Origin: an uncultured Flavobacteriaceae bacterium
GTDB taxonomy: Bacteria; Pseudomonadota; Alphaproteobacteria; Micropepsales; Micropepsaceae
Direction: 5' to 3'
DNA: 64,000 nt
NCBI GenBank assembly: GCA_964547645.1
Contig: CAZJOM010000013.1
Coordinates: 1,982 to 65,981 of the forward strand
Part shown: piece by piece, positions 35,647 through 45,857 of the stretch
How positions within the stretch are numbered: the stretch's first letter is position 1
Layout: every line of letters starts with the position of its first letter
Notes under the pieces: model-generated
Database searches by the model: none
What the model was told of the DNA's origin: nothing
Seen by the model: the letters and a program-made list of their open reading frames with translations, nothing else
Position numbers and translations under genes: made by a program

Positions 35647-36666
35647 CTACCTTCTTGCGCACCGGGCGTCGACACCGTTGGCACGGGCGGCGATGGTGTA
35701 GCCGCGGTCGGCAACGTAGGGGCCGGGCGGGTTGGCGCGGTAGCGGTTGGGGTTCGGAAGGATGGCGGCGAGTCGCGCGGCTTCGAGCGGCGTGAGCTTG
35801 GCCGCCGATTTGCGGAACCAATGGCGCGAGGCGGCTTCGGCGCCGAACACGCCGGGGCCCCACTCGATGATGTTGAGATAGACTTCCATGATCCGGCGCT
35901 TCGGCCAGACGAGTTCGATCAGGCCGGTAAAGTAGGCTTCAAGGCCTTTGCGCACGTAGGAGCGGCCGTTCCAAAGGAAAGCGTTCTTCGCGGTCTGCTG
36001 GCTGATCGTCGAGGCGCCGCGCGGGCGTTCGCCGTTACGCTTCGCGCTTTTCCAGGCGGCTTCCATCTGCTCGAAGTCGAAGCCGTAGTGGTTGCAGAAC
36101 TCGCCGTCCTCCGACGCGATCACGGCGCGCACGAGATGGGGCGAGATGCGCTCAAGGGGGACCCACTCCTTGCGCAGCATGTGGCCGTCGATCAGCGTCG
36201 TGCTCAACATGTGGAGCGTGATCGGCACCGGCACGAAGCGGTAGAGCAACGTCATGATGATCGATATGGCGAAGAAACCGGCGACACCACGCGTGGCAGC
36301 GAACCAGACCGTGTTCCAGGAAGGTACCCAAGAGCGCGGTTCAGCGGTGTCGCCAAGCGGTTCAAACATCGGCGGGGCAGCGGTTGGTTCCGGCGACGAT
36401 GGTTCAGGTACGGGTTCCGCCTCTGGTTCGCGATCCGGGGCGAGCAGCAGCGTGTAGCCGGCGACTTCGACGGCGGCGGCGAGCGCTACATCCGGCACGC
36501 CGCTCGCCAAGCGCACAACGGCTTCGGAACGGTCGAGGTCGACGATCGCGTTTTCGACGCCCGGCACGACGCGCAAGACGGCCTCGACGCGCGCAACACA
36601 ACGCTCGCTGCTCATGCCGGCGATGCGAAAACGTCGCGTGACCGTGGGTGTTTGTGATTCCCCCAT
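35647..36666 (-). CDS. mtgA: Monofunctional peptidoglycan glycosyltransferase (GT51) with N-terminal HMA-like domain
   Basis: 339-aa continuous frame. GT51 motifs AVIASEDGEFCNHYGFD, GASTISQQTAKN and RKGLEAYFTGLIELVWPKRRIMEVYLN. N-terminal RRFRIAGMSSERCVARVEAVLRVVPGVENAIVDLDRSEAVVRL...AVEVAGY follows the HMA pattern with a degenerate GMTCxxC. Confidence 0.85.
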   Translation of the reverse strand: MGESQTPTVTRRFRIAGMSSERCVARVEAVLRVVPGVENAIVDLDRSEAVVRLASGVPDVALAAAVEVAGYTLLLAPDREPEAEPVPEPSSPEPTAAPPMFEPLGDTAEPRSWVPSWNTVWFAATRGVAGFFAISIIMTLLYRFVPVPITLHMLSTTLIDGHMLRKEWVPLERISPHLVRAVIASEDGEFCNHYGFDFEQMEAAWKSAKRNGERPRGASTISQQTAKNAFLWNGRSYVRKGLEAYFTGLIELVWPKRRIMEVYLNIIEWGPGVFGAEAASRHWFRKSAAKLTPLEAARLAAILPNPNRYRANPPGPYVADRGYTIAARANGVDARCARR

Positions 36667-36847
36667 GACCGCTAATTACGGGCCGCTTGCGCCACGGTGC
36701 AAGCCTTCGCCTGTGGCGCGTGCTGCGACCGCTTCGTCGCTTAGCAGGGGTTGCGCGCGGTTCGGCGGTTTCCGCCGTACAGAGGCTCTGGCCCCCGACG
36801 GCGCGCCCGGCCTACGATCGCGGATCGACACTATTCGGAGGTTCCTC

Positions 36848-37984
36848 ATGTCTGACGCTCAAGTTCACGGCCATTGCGACGCGCGGTTTGCGGGAGTGCG
36901 CGAGGTCTTTGCGAACAACCTCAAGAGCGGGATCGACGTCGGCGCTTCGTTCGCGGCGACGGTGGATGGGGAGATGGTCGTCGATCTGTGGGGCGGGTTT
37001 GCGGATCAGGCGCAGACTCAGGCTTGGGCGCGCGACACGATCGTCAATGTCTACTCCACGACAAAGACGATGACGGCACTCACGGCACTGCTGCTTGCCG
37101 ATCGCGGGGTGCTCGATCTGCATGCGCCGGTCGCGCGGTATTGGCCCGAGTTCGCTGCGAACGGCAAGGAGAGCGTGAAGGTCAGCCATCTGCTTTCGCA
37201 CGCCGCGGGACTTTCGGGGTGGGACACTCGCATCACGCCGGAAGAACTCTACGACTGGGATCGCACGTGTGCACTTCTTGCGGCACAGAAGCCGTGGTGG
37301 ACGCCGGGCGAGAAGCCTGGATATCACGCGCTGAGCCAAGGATTCTTGGTCGGTGAGGTAATCCGGCGTGCGAGCGGCAAAACCGTCGGTACGCTTTTTC
37401 GCGAGGAGATCGCCGGTCCGTTGGGCGCCGACTTTCACATTGGGCTCGCGGCGGAACACGATGCGCGCGTCGGGCAACTCATTCCCCCGGTGACGCCATT
37501 GGGTCAGGGCCGCGATCCGAAATCCATCGCCGGGCGAACGCTCGACAATCCGACGCTGACCGCGCTGGAGCCGCGTACGCGCGGTTGGCGCGCGGCGGAA
37601 ATTCCGGCGGCGGGCGGGATCGGCAATGCGCGCTCGGTCGCCGAGGTGCAAACCGTGCTTGCCAATCGTGGCGTCTCCAAAGGCAAGCGCATCATGTCGG
37701 AAGCCGGGACACGACTCGCGCTGGAGCCACAGATCGAGGGAACGGATTTGGTGCTGGGGCTGCCGGTGCGCTACGGCATGGGCTATGGATTACCCGGCGA
37801 GGCGATGCCGCTGCCGAGCCCGAACTCGTGCTTCTGGGGCGGTTGGGGCGGCTCGCTCGTTATTGTGGACCAGGATCGCCGCGCGTGCTTTGCCTATGTC
37901 ATGAACAAGATGGGCGAAGGCACGACAGGCGATCTGCGCGCGTTTCAGCTGATCATGCCCATGTACCAGGCGCTGGCGGCTTGA
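36848..37984 (+). CDS. Serine hydrolase, beta-lactamase (class C / EstB-like) family
   Basis: ATG 36848 within track ORF 36614..37984. IVNVYSTTKTMTALTAL (SxxK); HLLSHAAGLSGW; GGWGGS near the C-terminus. Confidence 0.85.
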   Translation: MSDAQVHGHCDARFAGVREVFANNLKSGIDVGASFAATVDGEMVVDLWGGFADQAQTQAWARDTIVNVYSTTKTMTALTALLLADRGVLDLHAPVARYWPEFAANGKESVKVSHLLSHAAGLSGWDTRITPEELYDWDRTCALLAAQKPWWTPGEKPGYHALSQGFLVGEVIRRASGKTVGTLFREEIAGPLGADFHIGLAAEHDARVGQLIPPVTPLGQGRDPKSIAGRTLDNPTLTALEPRTRGWRAAEIPAAGGIGNARSVAEVQTVLANRGVSKGKRIMSEAGTRLALEPQIEGTDLVLGLPVRYGMGYGLPGEAMPLPSPNSCFWGGWGGSLVIVDQDRRACFAYVMNKMGEGTTGDLRAFQLIMPMYQALAA

Positions 37985-38001
37985 AGGGAGAACGGAGAGA
38001 T

Positions 38002-39285
38002 ATGATGTACGGGTTCAAGCTGATTGCTGCGGCGATTGGCGTTTCGATGACGTTGGCCACCGCGTCGGCGGCGGATCGGACGGTCGTCATGGTGCTGTTC
38101 GACGGGTTCGCACCGGCGATGGCGGACGCGACGAAGACGCCGAATTTGGACATCATCAAGAAAGAGGGAGCGTGGTCGCGGCATCTGGTACCGGTCTATC
38201 CGACGATGTCGCTGCCAAATCACACCAGCTTTGCGACGGGGTGTTGGCCGTCGCATCATGGCATCGTGCAAAACAAGTTTTTCGATCCGGATCGTGGGGT
38301 GCCGTACGACGAGAACGGTGACGCGGGATGGTTGAGCGGGTGCGAGCCGGCGTGGCAAGCGGCCGAGCGGCAAGGGGTTCCGGCGGCGGCGTTGAACTTC
38401 GCGAACCGTTGGGACGTGAAGAAGAAGGTGGCGCTTGCCAGCACGATCAATCCCTATGTCCCATGGGAGCAAGCGCCGTCGGACGAGGCGACGCTTGCAC
38501 GGGGGCTTGAGCTTCTGAAAAGTGGCGACGCGAAACGGCCGCGCTTGATCGCGCTTTATTTTCGCGGACCCGATCACGAAGCGCATGTGAACGGCGTGGT
38601 CGCGCCGCAGACGCTTGCCGAGGTTCGTAAGGCGGACGAAATCGTCGGCAAGCTGATGGCGGGGATCAAGGCACTGCCTGCGGATCGCGAAGCGACGCTC
38701 GTCATCGGTACAGATCACGGCATGATCGCGGTCGACCCGGTCGTCAATCTGGGGCGCATCATCAATCGGCACTGGATTTACGCGCACGATGCGGGGGATG
38801 GCGGTAGCGCCTACCTCTATCTCGACAAAGGCGAGAGTATCGAGCGCGTCGAGAAGGCGCTGGAGCAATACAAGGACGCTTTTGCGGTCTATCGCACGGG
38901 CAAGCATCCGCCTTACTCGCGGCTTGGCAGCAGTTCGCGTGTCGGCGATCTGATGTTGGTGGCCAAGCCGCCCTACTACATCGCGCCAGCGAGCAGTCTG
39001 CCGTGGTACGCGCATCTGATGGGGATGACCTGGTTCTGGTCCGACATCTTCGTGCCCGGCGACTTGGGTGGGCTGAAGGCATCGCACGGCTATGACCCTG
39101 CCATCACAGAGATGCACGGCGTGTTCTATGCATGGGGTGCTGGCGTTGCGAAGGGTAAGGAAATATCGTCGCTCGACATCATCGATGTGCATCCGACGGC
39201 GATGTCGCTCTTGGGGCTTCAGCCGGGCAAGCCCGTCGACGGCCGGGTGGTTATGGAGATGCTTGATTCGACGCCCGCACCGTAA
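38002..39285 (+). CDS. Secreted nucleotide pyrophosphatase/phosphodiesterase (alkaline phosphatase superfamily)
   Basis: ATG 38002 within track ORF 37585..39285. Signal peptide MMYGFKLIAAAIGVSMTLATASA. VMVLFDGFAP..., YPTMSLPNHTSFATGCWPSHHGIV (catalytic Ser/Thr context), GTDHGM, KASHGYDP. Confidence 0.8.
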   Translation: MMYGFKLIAAAIGVSMTLATASAADRTVVMVLFDGFAPAMADATKTPNLDIIKKEGAWSRHLVPVYPTMSLPNHTSFATGCWPSHHGIVQNKFFDPDRGVPYDENGDAGWLSGCEPAWQAAERQGVPAAALNFANRWDVKKKVALASTINPYVPWEQAPSDEATLARGLELLKSGDAKRPRLIALYFRGPDHEAHVNGVVAPQTLAEVRKADEIVGKLMAGIKALPADREATLVIGTDHGMIAVDPVVNLGRIINRHWIYAHDAGDGGSAYLYLDKGESIERVEKALEQYKDAFAVYRTGKHPPYSRLGSSSRVGDLMLVAKPPYYIAPASSLPWYAHLMGMTWFWSDIFVPGDLGGLKASHGYDPAITEMHGVFYAWGAGVAKGKEISSLDIIDVHPTAMSLLGLQPGKPVDGRVVMEMLDSTPAP

Positions 39286-39294
39286 GGGGCGTTC

Positions 39295-40509
39295 TCAGCT
39301 GCTCGACAGGATCGTGTTGCGCACGAGCGGATAGATTTGCGTCTCCCAGCGCTTGCCGCTGAAGAGGCCGTAGTGGCCGACGCCGACCTGCATGTGGTGG
39401 CGCTTCATGTAGGGGCGCAGGCCCGTGCAGAGGTCGTGCGCCGCCGCCGTTTGGCCAAGCGCGCAGACGTCGTCGCGCTCGCCCTCAACCGTCAGCAGCG
39501 CCGTGCGCTTGATCTTCGACGGGTCGACGCGTTCGCCGCGGTGGGTGAGTTCGCCCTTGGCAAGCAGCGCCTCTTGAAACACGAAGCGCACGGTTTCGAG
39601 GTAGAACTCGGCCGGCATATCGAGAACGGCGAAATACTCGTCATAGAACTCTTTGATCACGGCCGCCTCCTCGTGTTCATTGTTGGCGAGGTGCCGGTAG
39701 AGCTTGCGATGCGCCTTCACGTGGCGGGCCATATTCATTTTCATGAACGCGTTCAGCTGAACGAAGCCCGGATAGACGCGCCGGCCCGCGCCGCGATAGC
39801 GCAGGGGAACGGTCGTGATCAGGTTCTTCTCGAACCATTCAATCGGATGATCGAAAGCAAGCGCGTTGACGGTTGTTGGCGACTGGCGCACGTCGATCGG
39901 GCCGCCCATGAGCGTCATCGATTTCGGTTGGCAGGGATGATCATCGGCTGCCATTAAGGCGACAGCGGCCAGAACTTGGACGCAGGGCTGACACACGGCG
40001 ACGACATGCGCGCCGGGACCGACGTATTCCAGAAACGAAATCACGCTGTCGATGTAGTCGGCGAAACCAAACTCGCCGGCTGAAACGGGCACGTCGCGCG
40101 CGTTGTGCCAATCGGTGATGTAGACGTCGTGGTCTTGCAGGAGGGTTTCGACCGTGTTGCGCAACAAGGTCGAGAAGTGCCCGGACAACGGCGCCACGAC
40201 CAATACGGCCGGGTGGCGCGCGTCCATGTCTTTGCGGAAGTGCAGCAGCGTTCCGAATGGCGTTGCGGTCACGACACTCTCGAAGACGTCGACGATGCGC
40301 TCGCCCGACTTCACCTGGCGGATGCGGAAGTCTGGGCGGTCATGCGTGAGCTGGAAGCGATCGAAAAGCTCCAGTGCCGCCGACATCCGCCGCATCATGG
40401 GTAGACGCGGGGCGCGGTGGGTCCAACCAAACGTCGCTTGTATCGCCTGCGCCATCGTGCGCATCGGCAACAGCATGTCGGACTGCGTCTGATAGAGCTG
40501 ATAGAGCAC
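39295..40509 (-). CDS. phaZ: Intracellular polyhydroxyalkanoate depolymerase
   Basis: Track ORF 39295..40566. GTG 40509 gives the family-typical N-terminus MLYQLYQTQSDMLLP. ...VVAPLSGHFSTLLR..., VYITDWHNARDVP, VCQPCV. Confidence 0.85.
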   Translation of the reverse strand: MLYQLYQTQSDMLLPMRTMAQAIQATFGWTHRAPRLPMMRRMSAALELFDRFQLTHDRPDFRIRQVKSGERIVDVFESVVTATPFGTLLHFRKDMDARHPAVLVVAPLSGHFSTLLRNTVETLLQDHDVYITDWHNARDVPVSAGEFGFADYIDSVISFLEYVGPGAHVVAVCQPCVQVLAAVALMAADDHPCQPKSMTLMGGPIDVRQSPTTVNALAFDHPIEWFEKNLITTVPLRYRGAGRRVYPGFVQLNAFMKMNMARHVKAHRKLYRHLANNEHEEAAVIKEFYDEYFAVLDMPAEFYLETVRFVFQEALLAKGELTHRGERVDPSKIKRTALLTVEGERDDVCALGQTAAAHDLCTGLRPYMKRHHMQVGVGHYGLFSGKRWETQIYPLVRNTILSSS

Positions 40510-40649
40510 GCCGAGGCAGCCCTTCTGAATCACTGAAACGCCACTGACTTTATGGTAGGCTAACAAGAAATCGCGTGTCTCAAATAGCGTTTCGGCTTTT
40601 GCTGCGCGCGTGATGCCAAATTGTGACGTCGGATTGGGCAGGTGTGACT

Positions 40650-41303
40650 ATGAATGCGGCAACCCTAACCATCGCAGCCAAGAACTACGGATCGTGGTCG
40701 TTGCGCGGGTGGCTGCTGTGCCGGATGGCGGGACTTGCGTTCGAAGAACGCACCCTGTCCCCGGACGACCCCGACGCGCGCGCCGAATTGTTGCTGCTGT
40801 CGCCGTCGTTCTTGGTGCCGCGGCTTGAGCACGATGGCGTGGTGGTCTGGGATACGCTGGCGATTGCCGAATATTTGGCCGAGATCAGACCTCAGGCAGG
40901 TTTGTTCCCCAGTGACGTGAAGGCCCGCGCCCATTGCCGTAGCGTCAGCGGCGAGATGCATTCTGGGTTTACCAATATGCGCTCGGCGATGCCGATGAAC
41001 ATCAAGGCGCGCTACGCCGGCTACAAGGTCTTTGCCGGCGCGCGTGGCGATATCGACCGAATCGCCACCATCTGGCGCGAGTGCCTTGCGCAGTATGGCG
41101 GGCCGTTCCTGTTCGGAAGGCCGACGGTCGCCGACGCGATGTATGCGCCGGTGACGACGCGACTAGCGACTTATGACGTGCGCATCGACCGCGTTTGCGA
41201 TGGTTACTGCCGAACAATCGCCACCTGGTCACCCATGGAAGAATGGGTTGCCGCGGCAAAGGCAGAACCCGACGACATGGAAGAGTTGGACGTCGAGTTC
41301 TGA
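40650..41303 (+). CDS. Glutathione S-transferase family protein
   Basis: ATG 40650 within track ORF 40623..41303. LTIAAKNYGSWSLRGWLLCRMAGL...SPSFLVPRLEHDGVVVWDTLAIAEYLAE. Confidence 0.8.
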   Translation: MNAATLTIAAKNYGSWSLRGWLLCRMAGLAFEERTLSPDDPDARAELLLLSPSFLVPRLEHDGVVVWDTLAIAEYLAEIRPQAGLFPSDVKARAHCRSVSGEMHSGFTNMRSAMPMNIKARYAGYKVFAGARGDIDRIATIWRECLAQYGGPFLFGRPTVADAMYAPVTTRLATYDVRIDRVCDGYCRTIATWSPMEEWVAAAKAEPDDMEELDVEF

Positions 41304-41305
41304 GC

Positions 41306-44300
41306 TTAAGCTCTCACAGCCTCCTGCTCGTCGCTCAACGGGTGTCTCAGGCGCGTCAGCATTTCCTTCGGGCAGACTTGCCAAAAGCGACCACGTTCCA
41401 GATCCCATTGCTGGAGTATGCGTTTGGCGTGACGCGAGCCGGTTTCGGCGGCGTGTTCTTCGATGAGGCCGAGGAGCAGGTCTTCCCAGTAGCGCGATCT
41501 CAGGCGTTCCCAGATCACGCTGTCCGCGTTGATCTTGATCGGGAGCTCGTTCGAGGGGTCGCGTACGAAAGCCATGCCGCCGGTCATGCCGGCCGCGAAG
41601 TTCTCGCCGATGGCGCCTAAGATCACCGCAACGCCGCCGGTCATGTATTCGATGCCGTTCGAGCCGCAGCCTTCGACAACCGTCAGTGCACCGGAGTTGC
41701 GAACGGCAAAGCGTTCGCCCGCTTGCCCTGCCGCGAACAGCTTCCCGGCGGTCGCGCCATAGAGCACGGTGTTGCCGATGATGACGTTCTGCTCGCTCTC
41801 GAGCGGGCTCGACACCATCGGGCGCACTATGATCGTCGCACCAGAGAGTCCTTTGCCAACGTAGTCGTTCGCGTCGCCGAAGAGTTTTAGCTTCACGCCT
41901 TGCACCGCAAAGGCACCTAGCGATTGGCCGGCCGAGCCACGCAGGTCGAGCGTGAGCTGGCCGGGGTTCAGGCCCTTCATGCCGTACTTTTTCACGATGT
42001 GATGCGAGACGCGGGTGCCGATCGCGCGCATTGTGTTGCGCACGGTGTACATGAGCTGCATCTTCTCGCCGTCTTCGAGGAAGCGGCGGGCGTCCTTCAC
42101 GATGTCCTGGTCGAGCGTGTCGGGAACTTCGTTGCGTCCTTCGATGGTGCAGTAACGCGGGTTCGGGCCGGGATCGGCCTGTACCAGCAACGGGTTCAGG
42201 TCGAGGTCGTCGAGATCGTGCGCACCGCGATTGACCTGCGTGAGCAGATCGGTGCGGCCGATGACTTCTTTCAGCGAGCGGAAGCCGAGCGAGGCGAGGA
42301 TCTCGCGCACCTCCTCGGCGAGGAAGCTCATCAGATTCACGACCTTCTCGGGCGTACCGGTGAACTTCTTGCGAAGCTCCTCGCTCTGCGTACAAACGCC
42401 GACCGGGCACGTGTTCGAGTGGCATTGGCGTACCATGATGCAGCCCATGGCAATGAGGCCTGCGGTGCCGATGCCGAATTCCTCGGCGCCCATCATGGCC
42501 GCCATGACAATGTCGCGGCCAGTGCGCAGGCCGCCATCAGTGCGCAGGATGATGCGATGGCGCAGGTTGTTCAGGGTCAGAACTTGATTCGCTTCGGTGA
42601 GACCCATCTCCCACGGAACGCCCGCGTATTTGATCGAGGTTTGCGGCGAGGCGCCGGTGCCACCGACGTGGCCGGAGATTAAGATGATGTCGGCGCGCGC
42701 CTTGGCGACGCCGGCAGCGATCGTGCCGATACCGGTGGAAGCCACGAGCTTCACGCAGACGCGGGCGGTTGGGTTGATCTGCTTCAGGTCGTAGATCAGC
42801 TGCGCAAGGTCTTCGATCGAGTAGATATCGTGATGCGGCGGCGGGGAGATCAACATCACGCCAGGCGTCGAGTGCCGGAACTTGGCGATCATCTCCGTCA
42901 CTTTGAAGCCGGGCAGCTGTCCGCCCTCGCCCGGCTTTGCGCCTTGCGCGACTTTGATTTCGATCTCGCGGCATTGATTCAGATATTCGGCGGTGACGCC
43001 GAAGCGGCCAGAGGCGATTTGTTTGATCGCGGAGTTCGCGTTGTCGCCGTTCGGCTTCGGCTTGAAGCGGGCGGGATCTTCGCCGCCTTCACCGGAGTCG
43101 GACTTCGCGCCGATGCGGTTCATCGCGATGTTAAGCGTGCCGTGCGCTTCGGGCGAGAGCGCGCCCAGCGACATGCCGGGGGTCACGAAGCGTTTGCGGA
43201 TCTCGGTGATCGATTCGACTTCCTCGATCGCGACCGGCGTTCGGTTGCGTGGACGAAAGTCCATCAGATGGCGCAGGCTCGTCGGTGGCGTCTCGCGGAT
43301 CGTTTCCGAGTAACGGCGGAAGAGCTGATAGCTTTCCTGTCCGACGGCGCTTTGCAGCAGGTGGATCGTCTGCGCGGAGTGCGCATGCGTCTCGCCGCCC
43401 TTGCGGTAGCGATAGAGGCCGCCGATCGGCAGTGCCGTCACGTCTTCGCTGAAGGCGTGCGCGTGCTGACGGGTGATGCGCTTTTGAATGCCGCCGAGGC
43501 CGATGCCGGAGATGCGTGACGGCATGGCCGGGAAGTACTCGGCCACCATCGAACGCGAGAGTCCGACGGCTTCGAAGTTGTAGGCACCGCGGTAGGATGA
43601 GATGACCGAGATGCCCATCTTGGAGATGATCTTGAGCAGCCCCGCGCTCACCGAATCCAGGTAGCGTTTTACGCAGTCGCCGAGCGAGCGCTTGCCGAAC
43701 AGGCCACGCGCGTGACGGTCGGCGATGCATTCCTGTGCCAGGTAGGCGTTAACCGTCGTCGCGCCGACGCCGATCAGTACGGCGAAGTAGTGTGTGTCCA
43801 TGCACTCTGCCGAACGCACGTTCAGCGAGGTGAAGGTGCGCATGCGGGTCTTGATGAGGTGCGAATGCACGGCACCGGTCGCGAGGATCATCGGCATCGC
43901 GGCGACGCCGGGTCCGACACGTTCGTCGGTCAAGATCAGGTGCGAGTAACCGGAAGCTACCGCCTCTTCAGCTTGCTTGCAGATACGGTCGAGAGCTTCT
44001 TTCAGCGCACCTTCCGCCGGGCCGTTGGCGCCGATATCGAAGACGCAATCGATCTCGAAGAAGCGACCGACGAGGTGGTCCTTCATGCGGATGTACATGC
44101 CGGTCGAGAGCACGGGGCTCTCGAGCGTGAAGACTTCGACCTGGGTTTTGTCTTGCGCGAGCACGTTGCCAAGGTTGCGGAAGCGCGTGCGCAGGCTCAT
44201 CACGCGATCTTCCCGTAAGGAGTCGATCGGCGGGTTCGTGACCTGGCTGAAGTTCTGACGGAAGTAGTGCGAGAGCGGACGATACTGCTGCGACAGCACG

Positions 44301-45853
44301 GCGAGCGGCGCGTCGTCGCCCATCGAACCCACGGGCTCCTTCCCGTCTTCGACCATTGGGTGGAGGATCATCTCCAAGTCTTCGATCGAGATCGCTGCGG
44401 CGAGCTGGCGGCGGCGGAACTCAGCCTTGTCGTCGAACATCAGCGGCTCGGGGCCGGGACCAATGATCGGTTCCAGGTCGACGACGTTTTTCGTCCACTC
44501 TTCGTAGGGATGCTCAGACGCAAGTTCGTCTTTGATCGCGCGGTCGTCGAAGAATTGCCCGCGCTCGAGGTCCACACCGATGATTTGGCCGGGGCCGACG
44601 CGGCCTTTCCGCGTGATCTTTTGTTCCGGGAGCACGACCATCCCCGTCTCCGAGCCTACGAACAGCAAGCCGTCGTCGGTGATCGTGTAGCGCAGCGGAC
44701 GAAGGCCATTGCGGTCGAGACCCGCGATCACCCAGCGACCGTCGGTGGCGGCGAGTGCGGCGGGGCCGTCCCACGGCTCCATCACCGAGTTCGAGTATTG
44801 GTACATTGCGCGATGCGACTCGGGCATCGCGGTGCCCTTCTTTGACCAGGCTTCAGGGATCAGCAGAGTCTTCGCCATAGGTGCGGAGCGGCCGGCGCGG
44901 CACAGCACTTCGAAGACCGCATCGAGCGCTGCTGAGTCTGATGAACCCGGCTGGATGATCGGCTTGATGTCTTCCTGGTGTTCGCCGAACGCTTCGGAGG
45001 CCATGCGGATTTCATGGCTCTTCATCCAGTTGATGTTGCCCTTCAGCGTGTTGATCTCGCCGTTGTGGGCAAGCATGCGGAACGGGTGCGCAAGATACCA
45101 AGTAGGGAACGTGTTCGTCGAATAGCGCTGGTGGAAGATCGCCATCGGCGAGACGAAGCGCGGATCGTTCAGATCGGGATAGAAGGTCGAGAGCTGCTCG
45201 GCGAGGAACATGCCCTTGTAGATCAGCGAGCGGGTCGAGAGCGAGCAGACGTAGAAGTTCGGGATCGAAGCCTTGCGCACTTGGGTTTCAATGCGGCGAC
45301 GGATGATGAACAGGTCACGTTCGATCGCCTCGACGTCTTTTTCGGTGCCGGTATCGAACATGATCTGTTCGATCTCGGGGCGGGTGGCGTTCGCCTTCTC
45401 GCCGATCACGGAGATATCGACGGGCACTTGGCGCCAGCCGTAGATGTAGTAGCCGAAACGCAGGATCTCGGCTTCGACGATCGTACGGCAGGTTTCTTGC
45501 GCGGCGTAGTCTGTGCGCGGCAGGAAGATCATGCCGATGCCGATGCGGCCGCCCTCAAGTTGGTGGCCGGTTGCCTTCACTTCGTCGGCGAAGAAGTCTT
45601 GCGGCACTTGGATGTGCAAGCCCGCGCCGTCGCCGGTCTTGCCGTCGGCGTCAACGGCGCCGCGGTGCCAGACGCACTTCAGCGCTGCAATTGCGTGCAA
45701 CACCACTTCGCGGCGCGGCTTGCCGTCGATCGCGGCCACGAGGCCGACGCCGCATGCGTCGTGCTCTTGGTCGGGCATGTAGGCGTGGTTTTCTTTCAGG
45801 TGCTTCGCGTTGGCACGGTAGCGGGTGAGTTCAAGTTCAACTTCGTTCGTCAT
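41306..45853 (-). CDS. gltB: Glutamate synthase (NADPH) large subunit
   Basis: Track ORF 41306..45982 trimmed to ATG 45853, 4 nt after the gltD stop. Ntn Cys context EHDACGVGLVA. FMN and 3Fe-4S domains and a C-terminal GXGXG beta-helix domain. Confidence 0.97.
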   Translation of the reverse strand: MTNEVELELTRYRANAKHLKENHAYMPDQEHDACGVGLVAAIDGKPRREVVLHAIAALKCVWHRGAVDADGKTGDGAGLHIQVPQDFFADEVKATGHQLEGGRIGIGMIFLPRTDYAAQETCRTIVEAEILRFGYYIYGWRQVPVDISVIGEKANATRPEIEQIMFDTGTEKDVEAIERDLFIIRRRIETQVRKASIPNFYVCSLSTRSLIYKGMFLAEQLSTFYPDLNDPRFVSPMAIFHQRYSTNTFPTWYLAHPFRMLAHNGEINTLKGNINWMKSHEIRMASEAFGEHQEDIKPIIQPGSSDSAALDAVFEVLCRAGRSAPMAKTLLIPEAWSKKGTAMPESHRAMYQYSNSVMEPWDGPAALAATDGRWVIAGLDRNGLRPLRYTITDDGLLFVGSETGMVVLPEQKITRKGRVGPGQIIGVDLERGQFFDDRAIKDELASEHPYEEWTKNVVDLEPIIGPGPEPLMFDDKAEFRRRQLAAAISIEDLEMILHPMVEDGKEPVGSMGDDAPLAVLSQQYRPLSHYFRQNFSQVTNPPIDSLREDRVMSLRTRFRNLGNVLAQDKTQVEVFTLESPVLSTGMYIRMKDHLVGRFFEIDCVFDIGANGPAEGALKEALDRICKQAEEAVASGYSHLILTDERVGPGVAAMPMILATGAVHSHLIKTRMRTFTSLNVRSAECMDTHYFAVLIGVGATTVNAYLAQECIADRHARGLFGKRSLGDCVKRYLDSVSAGLLKIISKMGISVISSYRGAYNFEAVGLSRSMVAEYFPAMPSRISGIGLGGIQKRITRQHAHAFSEDVTALPIGGLYRYRKGGETHAHSAQTIHLLQSAVGQESYQLFRRYSETIRETPPTSLRHLMDFRPRNRTPVAIEEVESITEIRKRFVTPGMSLGALSPEAHGTLNIAMNRIGAKSDSGEGGEDPARFKPKPNGDNANSAIKQIASGRFGVTAEYLNQCREIEIKVAQGAKPGEGGQLPGFKVTEMIAKFRHSTPGVMLISPPPHHDIYSIEDLAQLIYDLKQINPTARVCVKLVASTGIGTIAAGVAKARADIILISGHVGGTGASPQTSIKYAGVPWEMGLTEANQVLTLNNLRHRIILRTDGGLRTGRDIVMAAMMGAEEFGIGTAGLIAMGCIMVRQCHSNTCPVGVCTQSEELRKKFTGTPEKVVNLMSFLAEEVREILASLGFRSLKEVIGRTDLLTQVNRGAHDLDDLDLNPLLVQADPGPNPRYCTIEGRNEVPDTLDQDIVKDARRFLEDGEKMQLMYTVRNTMRAIGTRVSHHIVKKYGMKGLNPGQLTLDLRGSAGQSLGAFAVQGVKLKLFGDANDYVGKGLSGATIIVRPMVSSPLESEQNVIIGNTVLYGATAGKLFAAGQAGERFAVRNSGALTVVEGCGSNGIEYMTGGVAVILGAIGENFAAGMTGGMAFVRDPSNELPIKINADSVIWERLRSRYWEDLLLGLIEEHAAETGSRHAKRILQQWDLERGRFWQVCPKEMLTRLRHPLSDEQEAVRA

Positions 45854-45857
45854 GTTC

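Noticed and set aside
36369-36666. The idea that the HMA-like region is merely untranslated leader and mtgA starts at the internal ATG 36369
   Set aside because: The upstream 99 codons are in the same frame with no stop and follow the HMA secondary-structure and sequence pattern too closely for random high-GC sequence. The point still needs experimental confirmation (see finding).
37945-39192. 415-aa minus-strand ORF antisense to the nucleotide pyrophosphatase gene
   Set aside because: Arg-rich shadow ORF. The plus-strand gene has a signal peptide and alkaline-phosphatase-superfamily motifs.
41229-42425. 398-aa ORF plus many 60-250-aa ORFs inside gltB and gltD on both strands
   Set aside because: All lie within the continuous, motif-rich glutamate synthase frames and have Arg/Pro/Gly-biased composition.
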